In this document: in pieces, positions 33,901 through 47,657 of the stretch
How positions within the stretch are numbered: the first letter of the stretch is position 1
Layout: the number at the start of each line of letters is the position of its first letter
Origin: Scyliorhinus canicula
Taxonomy: Eukaryota
NCBI RefSeq assembly: GCF_902713615.1
Contig: NC_052172.1
Coordinates: 434,001 to 498,000 of the forward strand
Reading direction: 5' to 3'
DNA: 64,000 bases
Translations under genes and position numbers: made by a program
Notes under the pieces: generated by a model
Database searches by the model: none
What the model saw: only the letters and a program-made list of their open reading frames with translations
What the model was told of the DNA's origin: nothing

Positions 33901-36299
33901 AGAGGGGAGCTGGGCGGGGGAGGGGGTCAGGGAGAGGGTAGTTGGGTGGTGGGGGGGTCAGGCAGAGGGGTGCTGGGTGGGGGGATGGGGTCAGGGAGAG
34001 GGGAGTTGGGTGGGGGGGAATAGGGAGGATTGTTTGCTGAGCAGACGGCGACAGCCTGTTATTAGAGAAACCTGAGAAGAAGCCTTTGTGTTCAGTAAAA
34101 TAAATGAAAACAAACGGCAATGTATCTAATTTCGAAAATGCTGAAAAGATATTTTTTTTTTTAAAAGTGTGTAAAAACAGAGGGGCGTGCACAACAAGAA
34201 TGTGTGTAAACTAGTGGAGCTTCGAAACGATTGGAAGTGGTTCAAGCAGGGGTGTGCATTAAGCAGGAGAGTGCATCAAACAGGGCAGTGTATCAAGCAG
34301 GGGAGTGTGTAAAGCAGGGGAGTGTGTAAAGCAGGGAAGTGTGTAAAGCAGGGAAGTGTGTAAAGCAGGGAAGTGTGTAAAGCAGGGCAGTGTGCAAAGC
34401 AGGGCAGTGTGCAAAGCCGGGCAGTGTGCAAAGCCGGGCAGTGTGCCAAGCCGGGCAGTGTGCCAAGCCGGGCAGTGTGCCAAGCCGGGCAGTGTGCCAA
34501 GCGGGGGAGTGTGCCAAGCGGGGGAGTGTGTCAAGCGGGGGTGTGTGCAAAGCAGGGCGGTGTGTAAAGCAGGGGAGTGTGTAAAGCAGGGCAGTGTGTA
34601 AAGCGGAAGAGTGTATGGAACCAGAGGAGGATGCACAACAAGAGTGTGTGTAAAATGAGGAGTGATTGCAGCAGTTGAGTGTTCAAACCAGGGGAGTGTG
34701 TTAAACTAGAGCTGTGTGAACCAGGGGATTGTGTAAATGAGGGGATTGCCTCACAGCGGCAGGTTCCAAGGTTCGTTTCCCGCTTGGGTCTCTGCCTGTG
34801 CAGAGTATGCACGTCTTCCCCGTGTCTGCATGGGTTTTCTCCGGATGCTCCGGTTTCCTCCCACAAGTCTCGAAAGACATGCTTGTTGGGAGAATTGGAT
34901 ATTCCCCCAATATTTAGCTTTGAGACTTGTCTCAGTTCAAGCTCATGAATAATTCTGTTCTTTTCAATCAGCAGCACTGACTTTTTACGAGCACCTAAAG
35001 TTCACAACTTGTGAGATGAAAGAGCTTCCGGATATCTTTTAATCCAACAAAGTTACAAAGAAGTGCAAATGGATACTTCCACATTGATTGCTCAATCTAT
35101 AAGCTAATTAATACTATACTGGTTACTTTATAGATGAAAAGCTGTCATAACAAGTTGATCCAACGTTCCATGATATGGAGTAGGGGTGAATTGTGGAAAA
35201 TTATCCCACCTGCCCTCTCGTGTATCACTGTTGGATTGGACATGTTTATCTGGGAGTTGAGGTCAATGTAAGTGTGACTGCTTCTGTTCCCTGTGACGGT
35301 GGAGCTGATGTTGTGTCTGTGTCTCTGCAATGTTGGATTAATATTGTACTTACTGTCAGTTAGAAGGAGACGGCTGCACATTCATGTTGCTGAGGAATCA
35401 TCATCTTGTTCTGGGAACTCATCTCTTCATCAGTTGAACTAGGGGGAAGAAAGCAAATCTCTTGTAAATCAGGGTCAGCTGAGGCCAATGAGAGATCAAT
35501 CAATTCTTTCAACTGATAATCAGTAAAAGAAAGAAATAACTCTCCAAACCCTAGCCCAGAATCAGACAATAAGCCAGGCCCAGAAAGAGCTCTCCCTTCC
35601 CCCCGCTCACTCCAAGTCCCGGAACAAGATGGGGCTCCCGCTGCGCCTCTTGCAAACAGCCCCCGATTCTCCCTGAACTCCCCCCGAGTCAGTAATGATC
35701 TCTGAGCCTCTTTGCTCACACTCCCAAATGGATGTGCTGCTGCAATGAGAACGCTGTTTCCTCGCTGGAGGGGCTGCGCATGCGCTGTCAGCTTCAGAGT
35801 GACGACAGGCAGGGGCGGGGCTACACCACGGCAGCATTGTGGATAGCACAATGGCTTCACAGCTCCAAGGTCCCAGGTTCAATTCCGGCTTGGGTCATGT
35901 CTGCGCAGAGTCTGCACATCCTCCCCGTGTGTGCGTGGGTTTCCTCCGGGTGCTCCGGTTTCCTCCCACAGTCCAAAGATGTGCAGGTTAGGTGGATTGG
36001 CCATTATAAATTGACCTTAGTGTCCAAAATTGCCCTTAGTGTTGGGTGGGTTTACTGGGTTATTGGGATAGGGGGAGGTGTTGACCTTGGGTAGGGTGCT
36101 CTTTCCAAGAGCCGGTGCAGACTCGATGGTCCGAATGGCCTCCTTCTGCACTGTAAATTCTATGAATACACCAGACATGCGCAGATCACCGCAGCAATTC
36201 AACATTGAGAATCAATGGGAATATTCCCCATTTCACTGTCATCACAGATAGAGCAAAACCTCCGATATAACCCGTGTTGGGGGGACACTGTGTGTGTGG

Positions 36300-39200
36300 T
36301 TTTATAGGGTTTAACAACTGTAACAATATTGTTGTGTTGTTTTTTTTGGTATTTTGTGAGTGATGACCTGCTGGGCTTATCGACACGCAGCAGGATTAAA
36401 ACCCTGCATCCGCCGACTATCCTGGCCTGTTGCACAGCGTGACAACAATGTAAAAGAACAAAAATTATCTGAGGGACAAAAGCTAACCGCACCCTGCGAA
36501 AATCAGGGTCGATAAGGCAGCCCAACCCAACGGTGCCCACCAAGAATGCAAGGCCTCAAGTGTACCCGTGGTCACCGCATGCTACAGGTCCAGGGACACC
36601 TGGCCGCGAACAGGGCCGCGGAAGAGGGGCAGACAGTCAGGCCGGATGACACCCTCGGTCGCCCGCTAACTGGACCTATCAATGGCAAGTTTGGCCAGGC
36701 CCAGGAGCCGGTTCACAAGGAGGCCCTCCACCTTCCACCCTCCCCCCTGCACCGGATGTCCGTAGGTCAGGAACGTGGAGCTAAAGTGCAAAGACAAAAA
36801 CAACAATGTCGTCAAAAAACTAAAAAGGGAATGCAGCCGAGGAAAGACAACATACACATGCTCCACGGTCTCCACCAGGCCGCAAACGTGACAGGTCTCT
36901 GGGGAGGCCGTGTGGTAACTTTACCTACGGTTGCACGGCACTGCCTTGTGCAGCTCCCTCCACTCCAGGTCCCCAAATCTGACAGGGAGGACGCCTCCGT
37001 CGAGGGACCTCCAGCGGAATGTCCGCCGCTGGACGGCGGGCGAGGGCAAGGAGGTGGAAAGTGTGCAGCAGGAAACCCCTCTGCGCGGTGCTAAAAGACA
37101 CAGGAGGTGATTCCGTGAGGCGGCTGGGGTTGTGGGGTACAGCAGGGATCCGCTCAGACGGGATGCTACGGCACAACTGCGCCCTCTCGAGTCCAAGTGT
37201 GCCCACGGGGCCGAGCACGACCATTTTGAGGCCTCAGATGATTTTGGCCGTGTGCTGCATGGTCTGCGCCCAGCGAGCTCGTAGGGCATCACCCAGTCCA
37301 ATCCTCTGCCACCCTGCACATCCCTGCTCCTGGTCACCCCGGCATCCACAGCCCTCCACTCTGCCAGGCAACGGAATGGATATTGGCGGAGGTGCAGATT
37401 CATGAGCAGCGGCTCCCTTACGATAGCAACTGCTCCTGAGGGGGGGGGAGCTGTGGCACGTGGCGACCATATTCCAGACTTTGAGAAGGTCCTGGTGCAA
37501 GACGGGCAGCACCAACAAAGAATTCTGAAGACTTTGCTGGTCAGCGAACAGGGGTAGCAGATTCGAGGTCAGGTCATGTACCTGGCGGAAGAAATACGTC
37601 ACCACAGCACACCATCGTTGAGGAGGCTCAACGTACAGGTATAACTACAGAGTCTGAAGGGGGAAAGTCGTGATGTGGGCACACCAGCGCCTGACCGCTC
37701 TCCGCTATTGGGAGACTCAAGACCTCTGCAGGGACCCAGTGCAACCCATTGTCCCAGAGGAACCGAATCAGAGTTCTCTGTATGTGTGTGACAAAGACAG
37801 GGGGAAGGGGCAAAGTGACCAGCCGGTACAACAGCATGGAGGCTATCAGCTGGTTTATGATGAGAAATCGACCCCTGTGGGACAGCACTCGTAGCAGTCC
37901 TGTCCAGCGTCCCAGGCGAGCGGTGACCATGGTCTCCAGCTCCTGCCAGTTCGCCGGCCAAGCTTCCTCTGCCGGGCAAAGATGGACTCCCAAGTAGAGA
38001 ATGTTGGTTCAAGGAGAGGATGTTGGTCGAGCTCCAGCTGAAGGGCCTGAGCTCCTCTGGGAGAGGGTTCATCTGCCACGGACCGACCAGGAGTCCGGAA
38101 CATTTAGCCCAGTTGATCCGAGCAGAAGATGCGGCGGAGACACAGCCTGGCACTCTCGCATCCTCTGCAGGTCACCGGGGTCAGTGAACATAAGGAGCAT
38201 ATCATCAGCGGAAGCCGAAAGGACCACTGCCATGCTCGGCTCATGCAGAACCAGCCTCGGCAACCTCCTCCACAGGAGGCGCAGGAAAGGCTACACGCAA
38301 AGAGAATTATGTTGGCCGGACAAGGGGCAGCCCTGACGCACTCCTCTCCCAAAGCGAAGGGGCGCCGTCAAGGACAGGTTAACCTTAATCAGACACTCCG
38401 AGGCAAAGTACAGTAATCGGATCCGGGCGACAAAGTGCGTCCTGAACCAGAAGGCTCGCAGAGGCCCGAGCAAATACTCCTGCCCCACCCTGTCGAACGC
38501 CCTCTCCTGGTCAAGAGGCAGGAAGGCGCTCAACATACCATTCCTCTGGGAATGATGGATGTCCCGGACCAGATGGATATTATTGTAAATGGTGCGGTTT
38601 GGGACGGTGTAGGACTGGTCCATGTGGTCCAGCACAGGGCCAAGGCACAAAGACTTGACCTTGGCAAATATTTAATAATCCGTGCTGAGGAGGGAGACTG
38701 GTCACCTGTTTTTGAGTCAGCGGAGATCCCCCTTCTTGGGCAGCAGGGCAATAACGGCCCTGCGCCAGAAAAGGGGAATCTCCCTGTTCACGATGCATTC
38801 CCCAGGACCCCCATATAGTCGCTCCCCAAGACGTTCCAGCCCTGGGGTCTTGCTCCTTGACAAGCTGTCAAGGGCACCGGTCAGCTCTTGAAGACTGATG
38901 GTATAGTCGAGCCTCCCGACGCCCTCCGGGCTGACCTGCGGCAGGTCCTCCCACAGATCTCGGCAGGCGTCCTCGCTACACGGATCCGGAGTAAAGAGGT
39001 CAGAATAAAAGTCCCTGATTAGGGTCCTGACCCCCTCCGGATCCGAGACGAGGGACCGTCGCGCCCAGCAGTGAAGAAATCTGCGTCCTCTTTCCAGCGA
39101 GTAGAAGGGGGGAGCCGCAGTCCATGTCTGTCAAGAGATGGATCCGCGACCTCATGTACGCGCCATGGGACGCGACAAGTTCCAGGTTCCGCAGCGTGCC

Positions 39201-42200
39201 CCTCAACTTGCTGTACACCAGCCCCAGGGCCGGGTCCTCATCGGGATGAGCCAGACGTGATTCCAGATGGACGACTGCTTCAGCCAATTTGGCGATTGTG
39301 GATTTCCGCTCTGCCGTCGACCCCTTTGTGTCCCTCTGACAGAAGTCGCGGACATGAATCTTGCCCACGTCCCACCACAGCCTCAAGGAGGGGAAGCCAT
39401 CCCGTTTCTTTCTCCAGCCGGCCCAGAAACGGAGAAACGAGTCCAGGAACCGCTCGTTGTCCAGCAGCGTGTTGTTAAAGTGCAAGTACGCGGACTGTGC
39501 CGGAGCGCGGGACGGGCCGAGCCCCACCCACACCAGGTGATGATCCGAGCACGGCACCAGCTCCAGAGATGCCGTCGGAACGCTGGGCAAGTACGTCCTA
39601 GAAATGTAAAGACGATCGATTCTGGACGCTCCGAACAGAGGGCCCACAAATGTGTACACTGCGATTCAGGATGGAGAGTTCGCCAGACGTCCACCAAGTC
39701 GAAGGACCTGTTCAGGTCCATTAACATCACCACCGCCTGTGTGCTGCTCTGGACTCCACTACAGTCCTTGTCCTGGAGGGTGCAATTGAAGTCCTCTCCA
39801 AGGATGATGCACTCGCCCAAAGGGATGGTGCTGTAGCCAAAGAAGTTGGCCATTCCCTCAATACAAAATGGAGGAACGCAAAGCTTGCAAGTTAAAATGG
39901 ACAAAGTTTGCAGCACAAGCAGGCTGCAACAAGCCAATGTGGATTCTGTCTGCTTAGAGAGCAGACAGCACTGAAACGAACATTCCGCATACTAATGAGG
40001 CAATCTCCGGGACAGTTAACATGGTAATGGAACAATCCCAGGGACAATGGACACAAATAGGGAAGTGATTGCAACATTGTACAGGATACCAGACACCCCG
40101 GCACCAGCGGGGTTCGAAGACAAAGCACCTGAAGGCCCGCCCAGTAGCCGAGGGACAGCCTCAGTATTGGGGGGGGATTCAAACAAATCGATTGGGAAGA
40201 GACCCAATCGATCCCCAGCAGATAGAGGGTCCGCCCAAAAGGGCGCGAAGCCCTAGGACCTATAAAAGACAGGTCCCAAACTTAGTTTGTTCTTCTTGAC
40301 CAGTCCTCCTCTCTTGACCAGCCCTCTCGACCAGCTTTTACCGAAGAAGACCTTGACCGAGAGAGAGAGGAGAGGTTTGGGACAGCAGCCGCCAGCAATT
40401 AAGTGTCTCACAACGATCGCTACCAGAGATAGACACTCCTGACCCCTTTTTAACCCGTACCAACCTGAAGTCTGCAGACTCAATACAGAGCAAGAGGCCT
40501 TGTCCCCTGATCTGGCAGTTCCTTTAAGATAAGTATTAGTTTATATAGTGGTAGGAATAGTTTAGTCATCTTAGCGTGTGCATGAGTAGATTATAGTTCA
40601 GGGGTGGGCAAACTTTTCCGTGCAAGGGCCACATTCAGAAATTCACAATTTTAAAGGGCCGCATAGTATATTAAGTAAAATAATTACTTCACCCGGTTAT
40701 GATTCTGGGCGCCTCATATAGAACATAGAACAGTACAGCACAGAACAGGCCCTTCGGCCCTCGACGTTGTGCCGAGCAATGATCACCCTACTCAAGTCAA
40801 CGTATCCACCCTATACCAGTAAGTAACCCAACAGCCCCCCCCCCCCCATTAACCTTAAAAAAAATTAAAAATTAAAAAAAAATTTTTTTTTTTTTAAAAA
40901 ACATTTTTTTTTAATGACTTGGTGGGCCGCATAAAGACCTTTGGTGGGCCGCATGCGGCCCGCGGGCCGTAGTTTTCCCACCCCTGTTATAGTTGTACTA
41001 TAATAAACTCATTTGTTTGAACTTACTAATTGGTGTATGGTTTTATGCTTTGAACTTGACCTTGAAACTTGTGTCGGTATCTTAACGATACCTGGCGACT
41101 CCAGAGATAAGTAACGAAACAGAGCCAAATCGAGTGTTAAGCACACTCATCCAAAACGAGCAACATTTAGTGGTGACATCCACCGGGACTCGATTAGAAG
41201 TGCCCCCCCCCCCCCACTCCGAGAGAACTCAGAAATTTGAATCTGAAATCCAATTAAGAAAAGGAAAAACCACAAGTGTTCAAGGAGTTCAAATCAATAG
41301 TCATAATTCGGAAGTGTGTTTTTGCATACGTAACTAACAGGGTTGTAAGGTTAAACCCAGAGATTTTTGTAGCAACAAACTGTCGGGAGTTTATAAGTCG
41401 GAACATAGCGAAAGCCGTACCCGTATTTATAAGAATTGCTTTATCATCCCTCATTCCAAATTAAAGAGAGCATAGAGAAAAGGAAATGGCCATGCAGGCA
41501 ATGGAACGCCTCATCAACCCAGAGCAGATCGTGGTCGGAGCGACCAACAGTAGAAGAGTCGGTCAGTGTCCCGTGTGGGAGCTGGAACTCAGGAAGTACT
41601 TCAAAGGGAACTGATGGCCCCTTTGGAGTGAGTTTTGTGTGAATGAGGAGACAGGTCCCGGGAGTATAGGACATACTTGTTGGAAGAACCTATCTCAAAT
41701 TCATAAAAAGAATTTAGGAAAAGCACGCAAGCCGATGGCAATTGTGTCCTGTTTGGCACAATTGCAAGGCACGGAGGAGGTCGTTCGGACGCTCTGCAAA
41801 GAACGAGCAACAGTGCCAAGAAGAGTGGACCCTTTGCCAAAGAAAGTCGTCTGCTGCGGCCCGGCCAGGGGAGTGTATACATTCACAAAGTGAAGCACCA
41901 CGTCCCTGTCGCGGATCGTTAAATGCAACAGACGGCCTGGCACTGGCTCCTTGATCCTCAAGATCCCTGTCTGAAAATGTGGAGCCAACAAGATAGCCAC
42001 CCCGCCCGAACGTGGGGCCAAGTGACTCATAAAGTCTCATTCTTGCCACTCCAGGGTCCACTTAGCTTCGTCCCCCGGAATGGCGAGGGTTTCTTGCAGG
42101 AAGCACATCCCGTACTTTCCGCCCTGGAGGACAGAGAAACACTGGAAACGGTGATGCGCGTCCGTGCTGCCGTGGATGTTGAGGCTGGCTATGGTTACCT

Positions 42201-44911
42201 CCATGTCAGTTGTAGCATGTGTCCTTCACCAATCAGCCATAACTCAGTGCTCAGGGGAAATAGAGGGTTGTCGCCCCCTCCACTCCCTCAGGAGCCCCGC
42301 GAGGAACAGAACAGCTTGGCGCTGCTCCCCTTGGTCTGGGTCGATCCCACCCCTAGGATCGGTCTCAGGCGGGTTCCTCACAGGCTCTCTCATCGATTCA
42401 GAGTCCGTGGACGGCGGCGGCTCCGACCCTGCCTCCACCGTCGACGTTGGGCCCTCGGAGAGACCCAGGAACAGCACCGGGAACGGCTCCAGGATGGATC
42501 CTGGGCTCCATGGTAACGTCTACATGGGCCTTGTGAGTGGGGAACCTTCCTCGCCGCCACCCGCCTACAGCCTGAAGATATCGGGGCTCTGGTGGCTGCC
42601 GCCAGCCCCCAGCGATGAACAAAAGGAGGTGACCGGGGAGTAAAACTACACCGGGCGGAACGAGCACTTGGGGGTCAGGTCTCCGCCCGCCCCCCGGCCT
42701 CCCTGCTCGGGGGACGATGGCAGCTCAGGAGCCTCAGCGGCCTTGGAGGCTGCCTTGGCCTTCTTTTTAACGGGGCTGGATGTCAGTATGATGGGAATAA
42801 ACCCAGGAGATACCCGGCCCCGCTCGCCTGGGGAGGGGATAGCGAGATCCACCACCTCCTCCAATCCGGGCCGGCGGTGCTTGCGGAGAGGGGCAGGCTG
42901 ATCTTGCTGTGGGGCCTCCACCGCTGGAGGGCCCTCGGTAGCGTCCCCCCCCCCCCCCAGCCCCTGGCACTGTGGTGAGGCTGGAACAGCCTCCAGCTCG
43001 GGGCCGTACACAGGGTCCCCACCGCCCTCCGGACCCCGTGTGTTGGTCTCTCCGAGCCCCTCATGTTGTTGTGAGGCGGTGGCGGTATCCCGAGGTGAGG
43101 CTGCAGCCTCTAAGTTGGTTGGGACGGGCACGGGGTCAGTATGCGTGATGGGGCCAAGGTGTGGATGGGCCCGGTCTGACCGTCGCGCCGTCTTCCCTTT
43201 GGCCTTTTTAGGCTGCCTCTTGGCTAGCGGAGGCTCCCCCTCCCCCCCCCGCCAGCAGCTACGGTGTTGTTAGGGGCCGGCTGCTGGGCAGACAAAGAGG
43301 TGGTAGAGGAGAGGGTGGCCGTGCCAGCCACGGCCGTCCTGGAGCTGGTGTTGGCGGCAGCCGTCAGGGTGGGGCAGTTGCGGTGAATATGCCCCAGCCC
43401 TCTGTAAGCATGGCACTGCATACCATCCACAGACCGGATCTCTTAATGATCCTTCCCTTGGTGGGGAACCACAAAACCCTCCCTCCGTGACCTTCTCCCA
43501 GGTAAGGCGGGCAAAAACCCGATGCCGGAAGGAGAATACATGACGGAGGGAAGGGTCCCGTATACCGAGTGTCAGAGGTGCCACCCCGGACCTGACCTCC
43601 CCCAGGAAGTTGAGATGGGGGAGGAGGAGCTCAGTGGGGAGGTAGGGTGGGACATTGACACGTTCGGCAGTGGCCTCCAGCGGGTCCACCGCCATGTGTC
43701 CCACCCACTGTGAACCCCCTTTCCAGGACACGGTGGGCCGCCTGCTCGGCACGCAGGAAAAACACAGCCTTGCCATACATCGCAGAATCAGCTACGATGG
43801 CCAAGGGGCCAACGACCCCAGCCATCACACGAGTGCACGCCTCACTGGTCATGGTGGGATGGGCATAACATTTGACCCTAAGTTGCCAGGTTAGTAGGCG
43901 GAATGGCGAGGGGGCCGTGGAGGGTCGAGAGGCTGTCGCCCCCGCACAGGTTCTTGGCCGCCCTGCCCCCGGCAGAGTGGAGGATGCCCCTGGGTACTGG
44001 CTATGCCCACCTTTGGTATGGCACAACCAGGGTAATAGGGGAAAGACGTGGCACCACAACAGCAGGTGTCACAGGGCAGCAGCAGATAGTCACTGTAAGC
44101 CGGGCAGCGTTCTTCAGCCCCGGACGGGCCTAAAGCAAAGTGGCAGCTGCCACACACCCACCACGGGGGTGAAAAAGGTGGGCGGACTGCACTCTTCAGC
44201 CCTGTGAGGGCCCAAGGCAAAGTCCTTTGTCTTCACAGCAGCCCCAGGCCGACCCACTCCCACCTCACTCAGAGGGGCGGGAGGGCAGAGGGCAGGGTCT
44301 TCACCCCGGGATGGGGAACAACACCAGGCCCCAGGTGGTCCCGGTCCCACCTCACTCAGAGGGGCGGGAGGACAGAGGGCAGGGTCTTCACCCCGGGAGG
44401 GGGAACAGCACCAGGCCCCAGGTGGTCCCGGTCCCACCTCGAGCACTGGGGCGGGAGAACAGAGGGCAGGGTCTTCACCCCGGGAGCGGGGGCAGCAACA
44501 GGCCCCAGGTGGTCCCGCTCCCACCTCGGGCACTGGGGCAGGAGAACAGAGGGCAGGGTCTTCACCCCGGGAGGGGGAACAGCATCAGGCCCCAGGTGGT
44601 CCTGGTCCCACCTCGGGCACTGGGGCGGGAGAACAGAGGGCAGGGTCTTCACTCCAGAAGGGGGGGCAGCAACAGGCCCCAGGTGGTCCCGCTCCCACCT
44701 CGGGCACCGGGATGGGAGGACAGAGGGCAGGGTCTTCACCCCGGGAGCGGGAACAGCACCAGGCCCCAGGCAGTCCCGGTCCCACCTCGGGCACTGGGAT
44801 GGGAGAACAGAGGGCAGGGTCTTCACCCCAGGAGGGGGGCAGCAACAGGCCCCAGGTGGTCCCACTCTCACCTCCAGCAGCAAAGCAGCAGCTCCACTCC
44901 CACAAGTCTGA
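36300..44911 (-). mobile_element. Second copy/allele of the Tx1 LINE (LTR relic 39832-41812, MITE 40599-40986)
   Basis: Same motifs and junctions as 18166-26370; TSD starts at 36284 and 44912. Confidence 0.92.
44240..44875 (-). repeat. 87-bp monomer array in the Tx1 5' UTR (7 units; 2 units at 26135-26335)
   Basis: GCAGGGTCTTCAC recurs about every 87 bp from ~44292 to ~44814; 29-aa periodicity in the overlapping ORFs. Confidence 0.9.
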
Positions 44912-46132
44912 GACACTGTGTGTGTGTTGGTGCAAGTGGCCCTGACCCCAGGGCTCAAGCAATCACCTTTGTAGCTGTGTGTTTGTCCCAATGAGATATT
45001 CAATCTGCAGCCATTGCCTGCAGCTTGTTTGTTATTACACTGTCACTCAGCCCCTAAAACTCACACTTTCTGACTACCATTTCATTGATTCACTTCATTT
45101 TAACCCCTTTCATATTTGAAATTGAATTTGGTTGGATACTATTCTGGTTCACACAGTCCGCTGGTTGATACATTTCAGAGGCATTAGACAATTGTCTTGT
45201 CTTGGACAGTCCCCTGGTTTGAAGCACTCCCCTGATTTCCACACTCCCTGGTTTACCCACACCACTGATTTACTCACTCCCCTGGTTTCCAATTTGTAAT
45301 TGAATATGATTTGAACACTCTGCTGGTTTCACAGTCCAGTGTGTCTACACGTTCTCCCCATGTTTCCTCTGGATGCTCTGGTTTCTTCCCACAGTCCAAA
45401 GATGTGCAGGTTATGTGGATTGGCTCTGCTAAATTTTCCTTCGTGTCCAAAAAAGATGAGGGAAGGTTTCCAGGGAAAGGGTTGTGTGGGGATAGGTGTG
45501 GGCTTCGGTAGTTGGGGGGGCTAGTTTAGCACAGTGGGCTAAGCAGTTGGCTTGTAATGCAGAACAAGGCCAGCAGCGCGGGTTCAATTCCCGTACCAGC
45601 CTCCCCAAACAGGTGCCAGAATTTGGCGACTGGGGCCTTTCACAGTAACTTAATTGAAGCCTACTTGTGACAATAAGCTATTATTATTAGTATGTTCTTT
45701 ACAAGGGCCGTTGCAGACTCGATGGGCCGATAGGCCGCCTTCTGCACTGTAGATTCTGTGAAATCTTTAAACTCAGCTCCAGTTGAAAGTTTCTCCAGTC
45801 TCTACTTGAATAGTTAACATACAGTTCTGAGCAGCTTGCAGCACTTTCTCTGTAACGTGCACCATGACATACTGCCAAACCTGGATTTTAAAATATTTCT
45901 TCAGTAACTGCATGTTTACCAATAATAATTCTTATAAAATGTGTCATTGCTTAGGTCTCTTCTTGTAGCATGAGACCTGGTCTCGTCCTGATGTCTGAAG
46001 CTGTCTTTTCCATTCTGCTTAAGTTATAAATGTTCTTATCTGTAACATATGTACTACATCAATGACATTAGATCAATTAGTCCTGGTAAATGAAGGAAAA
46101 TGGATGAACTGAATCAGTAGTATTTTACAGAG

Positions 46133-47390
46133 CAGTACTTTTAAACTGGTTTTTACCTATGACCCATGTTAACCAGCCGGCCATCCTTTGGGACCCACAC
46201 CAGCTGACCTCCATGACCCACTATGTTCTCTTACCTTCAATGCAGCAGGTGAGCTTGCTTGATCCTTATGCTCTCACTTCAATCAGGTTCAGATGTGGAG
46301 AGGGCAGTGCGTGTATCAGATGCAGAGTTCAGCTGGTTCCTTTGTGCTGTCTTCATCCTTTTGAGATTGAAAAATCCAAACCTTTAACATGTAGATCCTT
46401 GTGATGTGTTTTACTCAGCACTGGATGCTCCTCCGAGACGCGACGCCAGAATTCTAAAAATCTCATGGGGTTGTGGCATATTTTTAATGTGCTGTCACAG
46501 GTGAGGTGCAGCTCAGTTTGCACATTTGATGTCAGCTATCAGTTAATGATTGAGACCGGGTCTCGAAGTCAAAGGGAGTTTTCAACAACCAATTCTCTCT
46601 CAAAATCTGAAACTTCTCCTCTGGAAAAAAGTGATAAAAACTGTTGATCAGCGCAGCAAGTCTATCGACAGTTCCCTTACTATTTTCTTCCATATGTCAT
46701 TGCAGCGTGGGGAACATGTAGGAGGATTGGCTTTCAACTCGAAGTTGCCTAACATTCAATGACTTTAGGAAAGCATCAAATTCTTCACAGCGCCAAAAGC
46801 AATCCTCCTCCTTTCCTTGCAATTTGAGGTTCAGTGTGTTTAGAATTGAAAAGATGTCTGCAAGGTAAGACATAGAGAGCATCCACGTCTCATCTCCAAA
46901 TAAATCAGCCGGCGGGGATCCTGATTTGCATTGGCACAATTTATAAAGACATACCTTCAAATATCCCCTTTATTCTGCTGTGTTCCTGATTTCAGCTCCT
47001 TCTGAATGGGTTGTTGAGCAGAGGCCGTGGAGCTGACACCAGCTCTGCTTTGTGTTGCTGTCACTCCCCTGGGCGACTCTCCCACAGATTTAGTTGTGAG
47101 ATGCGGGCCTGTTTGTGTCTCTGACCCTCTCTTCTTTATTACAAAACCATCCATTTTCAATTCTTCCCAGCTACCAGCTACAAAATGGAGGATCTGCTCT
47201 CCAGCGCCGCTTCAACCTGGTGTTGCTTCAAAGAAGCTGCCCCTGGACAGCCCGGTGACGTCAGGAGGAGGCGGTCCGGACGCTGAGTACCGCGCCTGCG
47301 CACTGCCTGATCGGGCTGAGTGGCCACGCATGCGCGGAACAGCCCCTGGAGAGTGACGTGTAATTACCAGCTGAGAGAATGTGCTGCTGC
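46133..47390 (-). mobile_element. Internally deleted hAT (Buster/Charlie-like) DNA transposon relic
   Basis: N-terminus MDGFVIKKR (~47154); core motif SYLADIFSILNTLNLKLQGK (ORF 46697..46960); decayed dimerisation-domain end (RMKTAQRNQL...KQAHLLH*, ~46240-46360); TIR-like CAGTACTTTTAAACT at 46133. Right end uncertain. Confidence 0.75.
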
Positions 47391-47494
47391 CGGCAGAGGG
47401 AGGCCCAGAGTCAGAGCAATGTGTCAATTAGGGGCAATCTGATTGGCCACAGAGTGTGTGTATGGGGGGGGGAGTAACTGTAATTGGCTACCTG

Positions 47495-47606
47495 CACCAA
47501 CCAATCAGATGCCCATTTACGTCACATCATTCTAAATTCACCAATGGTCACTTGGTCTCTCACCCATCCTTCATTAACATAGTTCACTGAGTTAGTCTAT
47601 AAAAGA
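47495..47606 (+). promoter_or_regulatory. H2B promoter
   Basis: CCAAT at ~47501 and ~47541, TTACGTCA, octamer-like CCTTCATTAACATAG (~47568-47582), TATAAAA at 47598. Confidence 0.75.
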
Positions 47607-47657
47607 GCAGTTCACTGGCAGTTCTCAGTTATTGTGTGTCTGCAGTTTGCTGTCACC

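Larger units (their letters stand above)
27977..46051 (+). repeat. Copy 2 of the ~17.6-18-kb duplication
   Basis: Collinear with 9843-27476; ORF track repeats with an offset of ~18133. Confidence 0.95.

Noticed and set aside
44204-45003. 215-255-aa ORFs over the Tx1 5' end (ORF0-like)
   Set aside because: Explained by a GC-rich 87-bp (3n) monomer; much shorter in the other allele.
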